A stretch of DNA of 62,760 nucleotides, counting the filler. It is 4 parts of 4 records of this genome, joined end to end, with 100 filler letters (N's around TTAATTAATTAA, not from the genome) between each part and the next. Parts side by side here need not be neighbours in the genome. Positions count along the whole stretch, not along the records: positions 46,148 to 62,760 come from SRR20825019_1838; 3 more parts are not named here. One strand, written 5' to 3'. Of the stretch, positions 47,699 through 61,053 are shown one piece after another (position 1 is the first letter of the stretch; each line of letters starts with the position of its first letter). The notes below the pieces were generated by a model that was not told where the DNA came from, did no database searches, and saw nothing but the letters and a program-made list of their open reading frames with translations. The translations under genes were made by a program, and so were the position numbers.

Positions 47699-50600
47699 TT
47701 ACTTAGCGATGAGGAACGACCCTGGCAAAGCCTGGCCGAGGTGGGGGTCACCGGCGGAGGGTGTCTGGACTCGCTTGACGCCGCTAGCAAGGATGGAATT
47801 GAGAGGAGTGGCCTTCTTCCCGTAGTTTCGGGGCGAGGCATTCACACTAGGTAAAATGTCTTCCGAGATGGACACATTGCTGGCCTTGCGACGGTGGCGG
47901 GGCTCTTGCCTTCGTCGTTGTAAGAGACCTCCCGGCGCCGCCACGTTCGTGCTCGTGTCCGCCCCGGGGTTCAGGGGAGCGAGCACAACGTTGTTGTGCG
48001 GAATGACCTCGTCAGTGCTGGTCTTCCTCCGCCCCCCTCCGAGCGCCACGATGGCCTTCAGCTTGGTCAAGCCCTTCTTGGCAGAGGATGACAGCGCAGT
48101 ACCCGGGGTCTTCGGTGTTTTCCCGGCCTTGGCATCGGTGCCCTGCATAGCGCGCGATAAAGCCACCACCGTCTTGATCTTCCCCCATTGGTTGGTTGGG
48201 GCCCCGACCTGCATATCCGATGGTCTTTCCCTGCGATGACAGACACAGGTTAGACCCGCTGTCCGTTCAATGCCAGCCAATCACATCGCTCGTACCCCTT
48301 GAATTTAGTCAGGCCAGCGAGGGCCTTCTTGGGAAACCACATCATGTCACCCGACTCGGCAGAGCTCGGCGATTCCGTGGGGTCCACCTGCCCATGCGTT
48401 AGCCTGTCGAGACGAATACGAGCCGGGCACCTACCGGCTGCCACTCCTCTGCGGGCTTGAAGTCCATGATGCTGGACGCATCCGTGCTATCTTGCTTCAC
48501 CATATCCAGAGGGGGGACCTCCACGTCCTCCATGGAAAATCTCAGTGCCTGCGGCGTTGTCAGAGGCTCGTCATAACACACATACACGCCAAGGAGCCAG
48601 GGTTACCTGGGGAAGCCTGGTGAAGAGCCGGGTCTCGAACTGCTGGAGCACGTATTGTCGTTGCTTCTCTCTCTCCTGTGCCGAAGCCTGAAACTGCTCG
48701 ATGCGCTTCACGATATACTCGCGGACCTGACACAAAAGGTTAGTACGCGGACACCGGTGGCACGAGGAATTAGTACCTCGGGCTGCTTGATTTTGCGTGC
48801 GATTGATAGCGGCGTATTGCCCTTGTAGTTCTTCGCATACATCCTCACGTGCCCGTACTTCAGGTTGTCGATCACCTCCACTCGTCCGTGCTCACACGCA
48901 AGGTGGAGCGGCGTGTTGCCATCGATGTCCCTGATGTTCATCTTGGCGCCATGGGTGAGCAGCAGCCACACGAGGTCCATATGCCCCGCGATCGCCGCCA
49001 GGTGGAGCGCCGTCTGACGTTTGTTGTCGTGGATGTTGATGCCTGGCTTAAAATCGAGAAGCGTGTCTGCAAGGTGAATGTTCCCTCGGGCCACTGCCTC
49101 CATGAAGGGCGTCCTTCCGAGGCTGTTTCGAACGTCGATGTCTTTGGCGTAACTAGCGAGTCGTACAGTGCACAGCTGGAAACCGAGCTTGACCGACAAG
49201 TGAAGGACGGAGTCCCCATTCTGTAACATCCCCTCGGGGGAGAAGCCAACATCTAATAGGAACCCGACCACCGCACCCTGATTGCTCTTGACGGCAAACT
49301 CTAGCAGGCGAGGCTTGGTGACATCGATTACACCGTCGTTGGATGCCATGTTGTACAGGATGCCCAGAGTTCGCATGGAGCCCATCTCCACCGCGAGCTC
49401 GAAAGGGGTGTGGCCGTTTTCATCCTTGAGGGTAACGTCAGCACGCTTCTCCACCAACAGGGTGAGCATGTCCTTCGAGTCGTTCCGGACCGCGATGTGG
49501 GAACACGACCCCACGCTCTCCAGCTTGTTGATGTCAACGCTCCCGTTGTCGAGGACAACGTGCATGTAGTCAAGGTCGTCATTGATGGAAGCGGGGATCA
49601 TGTTGTGCTGCGGAATCGACGTGGACGTCGGGCCGAACACATGGTAGATGGCGCCCGCCACCTTCCACGCCTTCTTGATCACCGCATAGTCATACGCATC
49701 AGCGCCCGTAGACGTAACCAGCGAGGGGTTACTGTGGAAGCGCAGGAGCACCTTGCAAGCCTGGTCGTTGTCCACATCCGCACACAGGTGGAGGCACGTC
49801 TTCCGTGTTCTGTTGAGCACGCGCTGGTCCGGGTCGCCCGTCTTTCGCAGCACGGCGTTGACACAGACTGCATCCTTTGCCAGAATCGCCTTATGAACCG
49901 GGGTGAGCCCAGAGGAGTTGTGAATATTCGGGTCTGCGCCCTTCATAAGAAGGTAGATAACGGCGTCCAGCGAGCCGCTCTCACAGGCCTTGTGGAGCGG
50001 GCCCTCCCTGTTCTCATCGGATACCTGCAGCCCCGCCCCCCAGTCCTCCACCAAGCATCTAATAAGCGGCACGCACCCTCCGCTTGCCGCGCAGTTGAGC
50101 GGAACCCTGCCCTTCTGATCGCGCCGAGACAAGTCCAAATTCAGGTCGCGATACACTCTCACGTACAGGTCCACGATTTCAGGGTCCAGCTTGGATGCGC
50201 AGAGCGCCATGGTATTGAACTGAAAGAGAGAAGTGATTTCCGTCCTAGTAAGAAGGAACTCCACAAGCGAGTACGGTGGCATCTCCCCATCCTCATGTAT
50301 GTCATTATCCAGGGCCACGTCCACCGCAACCATGCTGTCTTCGTTCTGCACTGCCATCAGCAACTCATAAATCCTCTCACGCCGTCCACGTTCTCACCTC
50401 TATTGAGGGGTTTGCGCCTAGGGACACAAGCAGCTTGCAGGTCTCTTCTGAATATAGGCGCGCGGCGAGCATGAGGGGCGTTGTAGTCTCAGAGTCCTGC
50501 ACATTAGGGTCTATCTTGAGTGTTTCAATGAGGTACTTGATGGCTCTGTGCGCATTAAACCTGCTCGCCAGATGGAGAGCTTCCATCTCCACGAGATCTT

Positions 50601-53600
50601 GCGTAGACATTTTGCCTTCACAACGAGCATCAGCCAACGAGGCTCACCAGCACGCGCAGCCTTACCTGGACCAACCAATTTCTCCAAAAAGCCCAGATTG
50701 TCGAAAAACAGAGCGATCCGCGCGGTCATGTGGTACCTGTCGGACTGGTCGATCTTGAGAAGTGTCTCCACACAGAAGGTGTCGTTCTTGAAGAAGGCGT
50801 ACTCCAGTGGGGTCATCTGCAGTGCGTTCCGCATTCGGAAGCTTGCCCCGCGCATCTTGAGAAAGGAGAGGATCTCCCAGTTCTTTCGCTTGATGGCATG
50901 GTGCATGATGGTATTGTTGAAGCGGTCCTGGGCGTTGATATTGGCCCCGGCCGCGATGAGCAGGTCGACCATTTCGGAGTCATCCGCGAACATCAACGGT
51001 GTGATTCTCTGCAGGATCGGGCCCGTCAGTGTACGCGGGAGATAGATCAACACTGGGCCCAGCCTACCTGAAAGTTGCACACATCCACGCTGGCCCTGCC
51101 CTCATGAAGGAGCAGCTCTACCATCGCCAGATGCCGCTTTCGCACAGCGAGGTGGAGCGGTCGATTCCCCTTATCATCTCGGGGGTTCACCCTCGCACCG
51201 TGCTGAATGAGGATTCGCGCCACCTCCAGGTGTCCGCACATGACCGCAAAGTGCAGTGGAGTGTGCTGCTTCAGCGTCCTGGAGTCCACCCGCGCCCCAT
51301 TCTCCAAGAGTACCCGCACACAATTCACTCTACCATACTCCACCGCCCGGAATATCGGGGTCTTTCCTTGATCAGTGTCCGGGGTATCATGCAGAATGCC
51401 TCGGTCAATGCACACCCTCAACATCTCTGGGTACCCTACACATCCGGTGTCAGCCCATGAGCTGTTCGTCGTGACCTCGTCACATTACCATGCTTGCAAA
51501 TTTCCGCAACTACATGCGACTCTCGCACGCGACACTTCATCCAAATGAGGTAGAATGAAATGGGAGTGTCCAGCAATTCCTCGGCGATATCAATGGGCCT
51601 CTTGCCATCCTTGTCCAAGATATTCAGGTCCGCTCCCATTTGAACAAACAGCTCCACAAATCTCATGGCCCCGCGCGCAACTGCGAGATGCAGGGGCGTC
51701 TCTCCGTTAGCATTCTGTTCGCTCAGCATAGACTTATCGACAAACAGGATGCTTTTGGCAAATTTGTACCCGGCATGGTTAATGCACACATGAAGAAGAT
51801 TATCGCCTGCCTTCGTCTTGGCCGTCACCTGGGCTCCCTCAAGGAGGAGCTTCTCAAAATAGTTCTCGTCGTTCTCTTTGATCGCTAGGACCATCTCCTT
51901 GATCTTGGTGGGTCGATGGCGGATTTTAGTGAGGGGGCGGAAACCCTTTAGCTGGGGGCTGGCATCTATTAGTTTGAGATGCGGGTACTGTTCATTGGCA
52001 TCTGTTCGGAGTGACTAGTCAGGAGTGTCCTCGTATCACACCGATGCAGCCCTACCAAGCATAGTCAACAGCGACAAATTTTCCGGGACGTTGGTCTGCG
52101 TCACAAAATTCATGCGGTCCTTGTTAGGGACGGAATGGAGCAGGCACTTCTCAAACTTGGTTGACTTTGCCTTGGCCTGTCACAAGGGGTTACTTCTGGC
52201 ACGTTCCCACTCGGGAATAATGAGAGCCCTTACCAGCATCTCCTCGATTGACCCCTGCATCTCCTCCCAAACGGTCGTGCGCTTGTTCTCAATGATCTGG
52301 CGCGCGAGGTTCATGGCACGCTGTCGCTTCTTTGGGAACATGATCTGTGAACGATAAAGCGGTGTTAAGACCTTTTCTCAGCGCAGCTAAAAGGATGATG
52401 AGGCCTTTCATACCTTCAAAATCGATGCGCCAGACACAATCACGCTGACCCGTCCTGTTGAGTCCAGACCATTCCACTGGATGCTGTCATCTTGTGGGAC
52501 AGTCGGAGCCTCTTCCCCCAACACCGACGCTGTGCTTCTTCGCCTCATCCCGGGGCCCAAAGCACTGTTCTCCTCCATCATCGGTGATGCCGAGCGCGCT
52601 GCACATGAACAGTAAGATCAACTATCAAAAGCAACCGCTGCCTGCGGGCCACCCTTCTCCTACCTCTGCCTCGCTGGCGCTTCCGGAGAGAGTTATCCAC
52701 CCGCATGTGCAGCGGCAAGAGCTCCTCCGGCACTGAATTCGGATCGATCATTGCCGCCAGCGCTGCCGCAATGGCCATGTCATCCTGGGACAAACCCCCC
52801 TTCTCTTCCTCCTTTTTGGCGCGGCGTGCCTCTCGTATAGCCGGCGTCGATGACTGCTCCGAGCCGAAGTCGATCCATCTCTTGGACTTGTTGGGGGAGT
52901 ACACGTCCTCCCCCGTCGCTTCCACGCCAAGGACATCATCTATGTCGATTTTCGGATCCAAAAGTGCGATTTTGGGCTGCTCCACAAGCCCTCGCTTCGG
53001 ACTGCCATCCAGCCGGATTGGCGTTTTGGGTGACGTCCTGGTGTGCGACTGCCGTGATCGATCCGTGGTACCACCGCCCCTGCTTCCTGTGCGATGCGAG
53101 CGGAAACTATCCGGTGAGGAGGCCCGCGGCGATGTCCGCGCGCTCCACCCCGATGCCGACGCCGAGCGCGCAGTGTTTATGCCGGAGGAGGCATGTGTGT
53201 AGGTGGATACTCGGGAATGCTTGGACACGACGGGGGTTGGCCCCATCTTGGGCAGCTGAGAGAAGCGGGAAGGGGACGCTGCCTGCTCTATGATAAGGTC
53301 CGCCTTGTTGGACTGCTCGATTCCCCATGAGGAGGAGTAAGGACGGCCCTTTGACTTGTTGGGGTTCACGAGATACTCCACCGTCGCCCGCCTCACAAAG
53401 CCTCCGCCCACTACCGCCCCTTTGCTATAGTTTGGTGTCCGGTCGTGCGCGAGCCGCCGCAGTTTCTCATCATCTTCCTCATAACCGTACTCGAACATCC
53501 ACGTGGGAACCTTCATTCCATTCCGCCAAGTCTTAAACTGGTTAGGGTCAAAAAACTTTTTCTTCTTCTTGTCCATGTACAGGTCTCGCAGCGCGGATAT

Positions 53601-54515
53601 CTCCTCCCAATTGATCATGTCCGGGTCAAACTTGGCCTCCACCACTCGGGGTTCGTCCTTTTTCTTCTTTCCTTTCTTTTTGCGCGGGTCCCTCTCGGGG
53701 CCCTCATCCTCTATCTCCTGCTCGTTGGACTTGCCGTCCTCGCTCAGTAGCCGCATCTTGAACCTTCCATCCGGGCTCATCACGTAAAGTGTTCCACTCC
53801 CCCGACGCGTGTAGGCGTCATTCCTCTCACTGCTTCCCGGATGATAGGGTGTGGATGAACGGCCGCTCCCCCGCCGATTGTATGGAGATGTTGAGGATTT
53901 CTTCTCACTTCCCCGCCTCGTCCTCCTCCTGGACATACCTGGAGTTTCTTCTATACTCATCTTAGTGAGCGAACTCGGTGCCGCGCTGAAGTGGCTCGGC
54001 GGCTTATAGAAGCCATCGCTGGCCACACTCTCCTGCCTCTTGGTGGCGAAAGGAGAGGGAACCTTGTTCCTGGTGGGCATCTTCCCTATGTCACCCAGCT
54101 GCACCACCTTTGATATACTGTACTTCCCCCTCCCTTCATCTTCGGTCCTCGTTGTGAGACGCTGCACCGATGGCCTGCGAGGGGCTTGGTTCTGCTGAAT
54201 GCTCTCAACAGAAGGACGACGGCTGTCCCGGCGCCCTCGCGCCCCTTTCCTCTCCAGCTTCTTCTTTGCGTCCCGCTCCTTCAGCACCTCCGTGGACCGC
54301 ACCAGCAAAATCCTGTAGCCTGCATTCTCATCCCCCGAGGCTATCGTCTGCAAGTCCTTCTCAGAGAACAGCTTGTCCGGGCCGCTCGGGACAGGCAGTG
54401 CGGGAGTTTGTACCCGACGAATGCTCCGCACCAACGACTGGATCTCTGTTCGTGAACGGTCCGCGTTGCCTATGCCCTGGCGAAGGTCTCGCATCGGGAC
54501 CCCTGTGCGCCTCAT
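47699..54515 (-). CDS. Very large multi-exon ankyrin-repeat protein with a long disordered, basic N-terminus
   Basis: ORF 52578-54518 splices in frame through small exons into ankyrin-rich ORFs (51436-51894, 51047-51424, 50511-51080, 48708-50363) with many TPLH/TALH motifs. TATA-like TATATATATA at 54571-54580. Confidence 0.78.
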
Positions 54516-55542
54516 CACTGGGCCTGCACACCCCTGCGTGTCTCTCTGGTGAGGATTTGGTGTTGATGGGTATATATATAGTATCGCAGCGGCAGTGGTG
54601 CGCCGTCCACTCCCGGAGGTGGGTTACGGACTGGGTCAGCCACGGGTCGGTAGGCCTCCTCGAACCAGCCCCGTTAATGGATGACCGCCGCCGGCCCATC
54701 CTGGGCTCACGTACCGCTATTGTGCGGCCGCCACGGCCGCCGGGTCGGCCGGCGGCCGAGCGGCTGGGCCGGGCCCGGGAGAGCGGGAGGCCGCGCCCTA
54801 ACGATCTTTCTCGTGGACGGTACCGTATGCGGGACCGCGAGGGGCACTGATCAGTGATGGCACCGTACGATTGGTGTGATGACCAGCGTGAGACCGGTCT
54901 CAACAGCTAATGAAAGTGACATTATATATATTTATACGGTTGATCCTTTCAATTTTTTTCGAGCGATCGCGGGTTGTTCGCCCGGCAGCCGGGGGGCAGG
55001 CCGGTCGCCGGGGCCGCCAGCGTCGGCCGCCTCGTGCGTCCAAAGGCTTGCGGGTGGCGCCCGGTCCCGGTCCGGTCGGCCCCCCCGCCCGGCGGACCGG
55101 GCCGCGGCATCCGAGGGCCGGGCTGCGGCCCGGCCGCCGGGCAGCCGCGCGAGGCCCGGCGCAAGGCCCGGGCACTTCAGGGTGGTCAGTCGCCCGCGGG
55201 GGCCGGCCGGCGGGGCGGCGGCCTGCGGGCCGGGCAGGAGGCCAGCCGCCTTGGATAGTCGGGGCGGCCGCGCTACGGCACCGGCGTGCGCACCCCCGCG
55301 CCGCGGTGGTGGGCGAGCCTCCCACGCGGCTAGGGACCGGACGCAGTGCGCAGGGAAATCAGATCCCGCCACCACCATGGACACAACTTGAATGCCCTAC
55401 GGACGAGAGGTCTTTTCGGAACGGTCTGTTCGCGCCCAAAGCCCTCGAGTCCAAGCTCATCCAGCGCAGATTCAAGGCCAGCACTGACCGAGTCATACAT
55501 ATAACTGCTACAAATGTTCTGTGAGTAATAGGCAGTGGGACC

Positions 55543-58500
55543 ATGGCGGGGTCCGACGATGAGGACAAGCCCAAGCCCATGGCGAACTTTATGTTCGGGT
55601 ATGTGGCTGCTGTTGGTTCGTGTTGTGGGTTCTGACGGCTCGGTGGTACAGAAACGTGGACAAAAAGGGAGACCTCGAAGACGAGAAATACGACAGCGAG
55701 ACTCGGAAGAACCTTAACACGTTGAAGAAGTCGAACCAGCTGGCGGACCAGGTCAAGAACATCATTAGCAAGGGGAAGGAAGACGAAGATGATAATTATG
55801 ACGATGAAGACGTCGGCGAAGTGGAGGCCGCCCAGGATGCAGAGGACTTCTCTACAATCAAAGAGGTGGGGCTGGGCGTATGCGGTGTGTTATGCGGCGA
55901 CTTACTGGAGGTTCGTGTTAAGATGGTTCCCATGGACTCGAAGAGGCTGGAGAAAAAGGCGCTCGGCCTGAAGAAGAAAGACGACGACGACGACGATGAC
56001 TATGACGCCGAAGACGACGACGAGGTCAGTGAGCCAAGACGTGCTGTTCTCTCGCGGGGCTGGGGCTGACTCGATGGCAGGTTGCGAAGGCAATCCGGGA
56101 GAAGGAGGCCGCGGAAGAGGCCGCGGCAGCCAAGAAACTGCAGGAAGCCATTCGCGATGCCCACGACAAGATGGGAGCAAGAGAGGAGATCTCTTTGGAA
56201 GGTGGGGCGGCGTGTGTGGTGTTGCTGTTGCGCTTTGGACATTGACTGTGGATATGTCCAGATGAGGCGCGGTCGAATGTAGACAAGTTCCGGAACAAAA
56301 CGCTGCGCTTCATGCCTCTGTTCAGCCAGGAGGAGGAAGGCGAACACGTGATGGACTCACAGGCTTCCGCAGAGGTGCGTGACATTCGACAGCTCCAAAT
56401 TGGAAAGGGTGCGGTGCTGATGTGGACGCACCCGTGCAGATGCGGCGAGAGCTCATGGCGTCAACGTCTGCACACGGCGAGACAGTGGAGGAGAGCGATG
56501 ATGAGGAGGTGTACACAGGGCGGAAGGTCATTGGGGGAGTGGGTGATCAGGACAAGGACGTGGCGAGAGAGATGGAGAAGCTAAGAGAGAAGGCCATCCT
56601 CAAGCTCAAGATGAAGGCTGACAAGGAGGTATGAGGCTGCCCCCCTCCCCCTCCCCCCCAAACACACACACACACACACACACACGCACCCTTCTTACGC
56701 TCGCCTCCCCTTCTCTGCCAACTTGTCACCCAAATGCGGCGTTCCTAATGTGTCGTTGCACAGGCGCTGAATATCTTGGAGATACGGAAGCGGCTGCAGT
56801 TCCGCCAACACCGAAACCCCGAGTGGAGATGGTGGATGGTTGGCGAGGATGACCTTGACGAGAAGGCCGAGCTCACTCATGATGGCCTTTATGCTCCCGC
56901 CGAGGAGCAGATCGGCGCGGTCCTGAATGACAAGATTGCCGAGCTGAAGGAGCGCGAGCGTGAGCGCCGCCGGGCCCGGGGATGGTCGCCGCCTTACTCG
57001 GAGGACGAAGACCCGCACGTGATCAAGTCGCGGATCAAAGGTTTGTGGCTCCGCGGGGTGTTTGAGGGGCCGATTCTGACTGAGCCGTGCTCAGAGGCGA
57101 CGTTTGAGCTGCTGGAACAGCGCGAGTGGGAGAACCAGATCGTGTGGAGCGACGATGACGAGCCCATGCCGAGCAAGGACGGCCCGAAGCAGTCCAAGGG
57201 CCGCCAGAAGTCGAGGGTGAAGCTCAAGCTACTCCCAAAGAAGGTGAGTTGAGGCCTGGGTAGAGGGTGGGCTGTGTGACTGATTGTGGTGGGCAGGCGG
57301 ACGAGTATGAGGAAGACGATGAAGAAAAGGCTTTCTTTGGCTCCGCCAAGCCTGCGCCCACCACCAACAAGAGGGAGGTAGTGAAGGACAACGCCAAGGT
57401 AGTGGTTGACCTCGCCCGGGGGCGCCAGGGAGCCAAGGCCACGGCGCAGGAGTGGGGTGTGGTGAGCGAGGGTCCAGGGGCGGAGGAGCTCAATGGGAAC
57501 GATGCGGAAGAGACCAGAGACGACAAGAAGCGGCGCAAGTTGAACCAGAATGTGTCGATTATTCAGCGCTTAGCGGGCAATCGCGATTTTGAGGAAGGTG
57601 GATGGATGGACAAGGTCGTGTGGGACGAGGAGGAGCTCCCGCGGGACTATCCGCGTGAGCCCGTTATCATCAACTTGAACGACACCAGCCTGATCGTGAA
57701 CGAGGTGGACGGCGACGACGACGACGATGACGTCGACGACGCCAACCTTCTCAACATCGGCAACGATAGCTACTACGAGCGCGTGGTGGAGGGGGGCCAA
57801 AACATGGCAGTGTTCTCCAAGCACGTCCGGCACACACCCATGGCGGATAAGTATGTTGGACGTGGCTGCGTGGTACGCCGGTTTTCATGACTGATTGTTC
57901 CTTTTTTTGCAACAGGATGGGATTCTTTCCCGTGGGAATGGAAGACGAGTTTATGCGGTACCTGCATAAGCCGGTCAACTTCTTCCAGCCCCACAACACG
58001 TACAAGGTTGTCACTAACGCCAAGTTCAACAGTGAGCGCGGAGACCAGAAGAAGATGCAGGATGTCGATAAGATCAAGCACAAGGCCTTCCTCAACTCCA
58101 GGGACACCGACATCGTGGTCGTGGAGTACACCGAGGAGCATCCGCCCTTCATCAACACTGTGGGGATGGGTTGCTGCCTGGCAACCGTGTACAAGAAGCA
58201 AAGCCCCGACGACGACTATGTTCCCGATCAGATCAAGGGCATGAAGGACCCGCCCCTCACTGTCGAAAGCAGTGCGGAGGTGCCTATCATGGGGGATGTG
58301 GACCCTGGGAAGAGCATAACGCTGATGTTCAACAACCTCTTCAAGGTTCCCGTCTTTGAGCATGGAGTGTTTGAGTCAGGTGCGTTGCGTGTGCACCCCG
58401 CCCGTGTGCCCCGTGTCTCTGAACAGCTTCGTCAGATTTCCTCCTGATCCTGCCGGACGGCTCGAAGAAGCATGGTGACAAGCACAACTGGTGTGTCATC

Positions 58501-60937
58501 CGTGAGATCCCGTCCCTTTTCACCGGCTGCATGATGCACCCTAAGGAGGAGGTCTGGTCCAAATACAGGAACAAGCCAAACTCGAACGACAGATACGTGG
58601 ACTGGTTCCAAAAGAGGCGCGTACTTCAGCTGGCCCTCAAGTCTGTCCATCGGAAGATGAAGGAGCTGGAGAAGATCAAGGATTCGATCAAAGACAAGAA
58701 GGATCTAGCCCGGAGGGAGGAAGATGCCAGGTGCGAAGTACTTGTTGTGCGGCCAGGCTCGGCTGAGTGGGTTCTGATTCCAGGTCCGTTGGCATCGACG
58801 AGATTCAGGCCAGCTGGTCCACAAAGGACAACCTCAAGAACTTGAGGAGCCATGGGTTCAAGACGGAGCGTGAGGTTACGTACAAGTTAAAAAAGGAAGT
58901 TCAGCTGAAGTCGGAACGCGAAGTCAATCAGATGGTGAGTCAGCTCTTGCCCGACATGCCGAGTGCCAACAACCTGTGCAGATCAAAGCCGAGGAGGCCG
59001 TGCAGTACTGCTCTTTCCGCATGGGGTGCCTCCGCCTATCGGACGCGGGGGTCAAGAACATCCACGACAGCGAGAACAAGCATGCGATGGAGTCTTCTGA
59101 GAGGAACAAGATCAAGTGGGCGCCCTGGTGGTGGACCCAGAACTGGCTCGCGGCGGAAACCAACAACGCAAGCAAGTTGGCCCTGCCCGTGTTTGAACTG
59201 GAGCGCGAGGCCCGAGCCGAACTAATCAAGCAGGGCTCCAAGGGTACCAAGGTGAACAATAAGCACAAGATAGGCGTCTACCGGCGCCGGCTGGAGCGTA
59301 TAATTAAGCGGCAATACGAGAACTTTGCTCTTGCTGATCCGGAGGTGGGTGTGATGCGTTGGGAGCCGGGCCTGGTAAGTAGGGCGACTGACCGGACACG
59401 TGCAGCTCACCGATGAGGAGCTTGGTGATGACGAAGATATGATCAACGAACTGGACGAGCTTGAGGACCAGCTTGAGGCGGATGGGTCCAAGGCACAGCG
59501 GGACTCAATGAAGGAGGATAAGAGACAGGTTGGAAGCCTGGAAAGATTGGTGTGGGGCGTGAACTCATATCATCATCTGTTTGCAGCTTGCACTGTTGGC
59601 CAAGGACATGCGCGCACACGAAGAGAAGGAGGAGAAGGCGAAGGCCATCGCCAAGGCGGAGACCAAGAATGATGATGAAGGACCGTCCAAACCCAAGATC
59701 AAGATCAAACCCAGCAAGGCGGCCATCGAGAAGGCCAAGGGAAAGGAAGAAGTGAAGAAGGAGGAGCGGCAGGCTGAGCTCTCGAATTTGGACGCTATCC
59801 CCGAGATGCCGGAAGAAATCCGTGCCAAAGCCGTGGGGAAGGTGCTGAAGAGGGTGGAGCGTGACCCCGACAACCCGCAACGCCTTGTACGTTTGGTGTT
59901 GCCATGGGGTTAGACGGAGTAATCTCACGTTTGCTGCAGATCGTTCACTACATCCGTGACCCCGGCCTTATCGAGATGTATCTTAAGGCGGAACAGGATT
60001 ATGGCGGCATGCCGAAGGTGAAGGGGACAGAGCGCAAGGTCAAGGGGAAGAAGAGTGACAAGAACAAGGGCACGGCCAAGAGCCCCATCAAGATCGAGAG
60101 TCTGCTGATCAAGCGGAAGCTCGGCGAACCGGCGCCCCAGGTGGAGGAGGTAAGAACGCCAATGTGAGTTGTAAGTTGTTCGCATGACCTTAATGCCTGG
60201 TGGCTAGGTGGAAGTGGAGCCGGAGGTAAACCCTCTCGCCACCAAGAAGCTCATCCCGGTCTTTGGGGCGATATTGGAGGAGAACAAGAAGCTTGCGTCC
60301 AGTATGGTCCAGGACGCCTTCCACAAGGCTGTGAAGGAGAAGGTGATTGTTGATTACTATGAGATTATTCCCAAGCAGCAGAGCATGAACTTTGCCAATA
60401 TGGTGGTGAGTGCCATCATCACCACGTTCAATCGTGCGCACGTGCTGATCTTACCCACCCCTCCACAGAAAAAGCTGAAGAACGATAAGTACACCAGCTG
60501 GTCCACGTTCCTTGATGACATCATCCAGATCCGGACCAATGCCCATCAGTACTACGAGCGGGGGGCCCACGGTCACCCCATGATCCCCCGCGCTGCAGAT
60601 GCGCTTGTGGCGAGTGAGTCGGATATGTGCGTCAGTGATTGTTACCCCGACTGATGAGACACGTCTAGAAACCCAGGCCCTCCTCATGATGGACAAGGGT
60701 CTAGCGGAGGTATGCGCAACGTTCAACATGGACCCACCCGCCTTCGACGTGGAAGAGTCCAAGGCCACCGTCAAGGCTATTCAGGAAGAATTCGAGGAGC
60801 AGCAGAGGCAGTACGCCGCCCAAGTGGCGGCCGCGCAGGCACCTGCCGCACCAGCGCCCGCGGCGCAACATGAAGAGGACGGAAACGGCGATCACATCGA
60901 GGTCGGAGACGCCATGGATATTGATCCTGCGTCTTAA
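55543..60937 (+). CDS. TAF1: TFIID subunit TAF1-like protein (TBP-binding N-terminus, DUF3591 core, single bromodomain), multi-exon
   Basis: NFMFG-NVDKKGDLE (TAND-like), LEQREWENQIVW, LNIGNDSYY, VVEYTEEHPPFINTVGMG, NNLFKVPVFEH, and a bromodomain VDYYEIIP..MNF...KKLKNDKY...FLDDIIQIRTNA. Confidence 0.88.
56662..56684. repeat. (AC)n microsatellite preceded by a C-rich tract in a TAF1 intron
   Basis: An acacacacac... run follows ccccctcccc. Confidence 0.85.
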
Positions 60938-61053
60938 TCTGCCTTGGCGCTCGGCTCGTTTATTTCGGAACGGCCCTGGCTGGCCCGCCGCGCCTCTGTT
61001 TCCCACTGTTGGAGTTGGAGCGGCCAGTAAACCTCATTGGCGCCATATCATCG

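Noticed and set aside
49410-50474. Long antisense ORFs (354 aa here; 325 aa at 17278-18255)
   Set aside because: They are shadow frames opposite well-supported ankyrin genes.
55377-55391. Tiny uORF (MDTT*) in a strong Kozak-like context upstream of TAF1
   Set aside because: It cannot be shown to lie in the transcript and is short enough to occur by chance.
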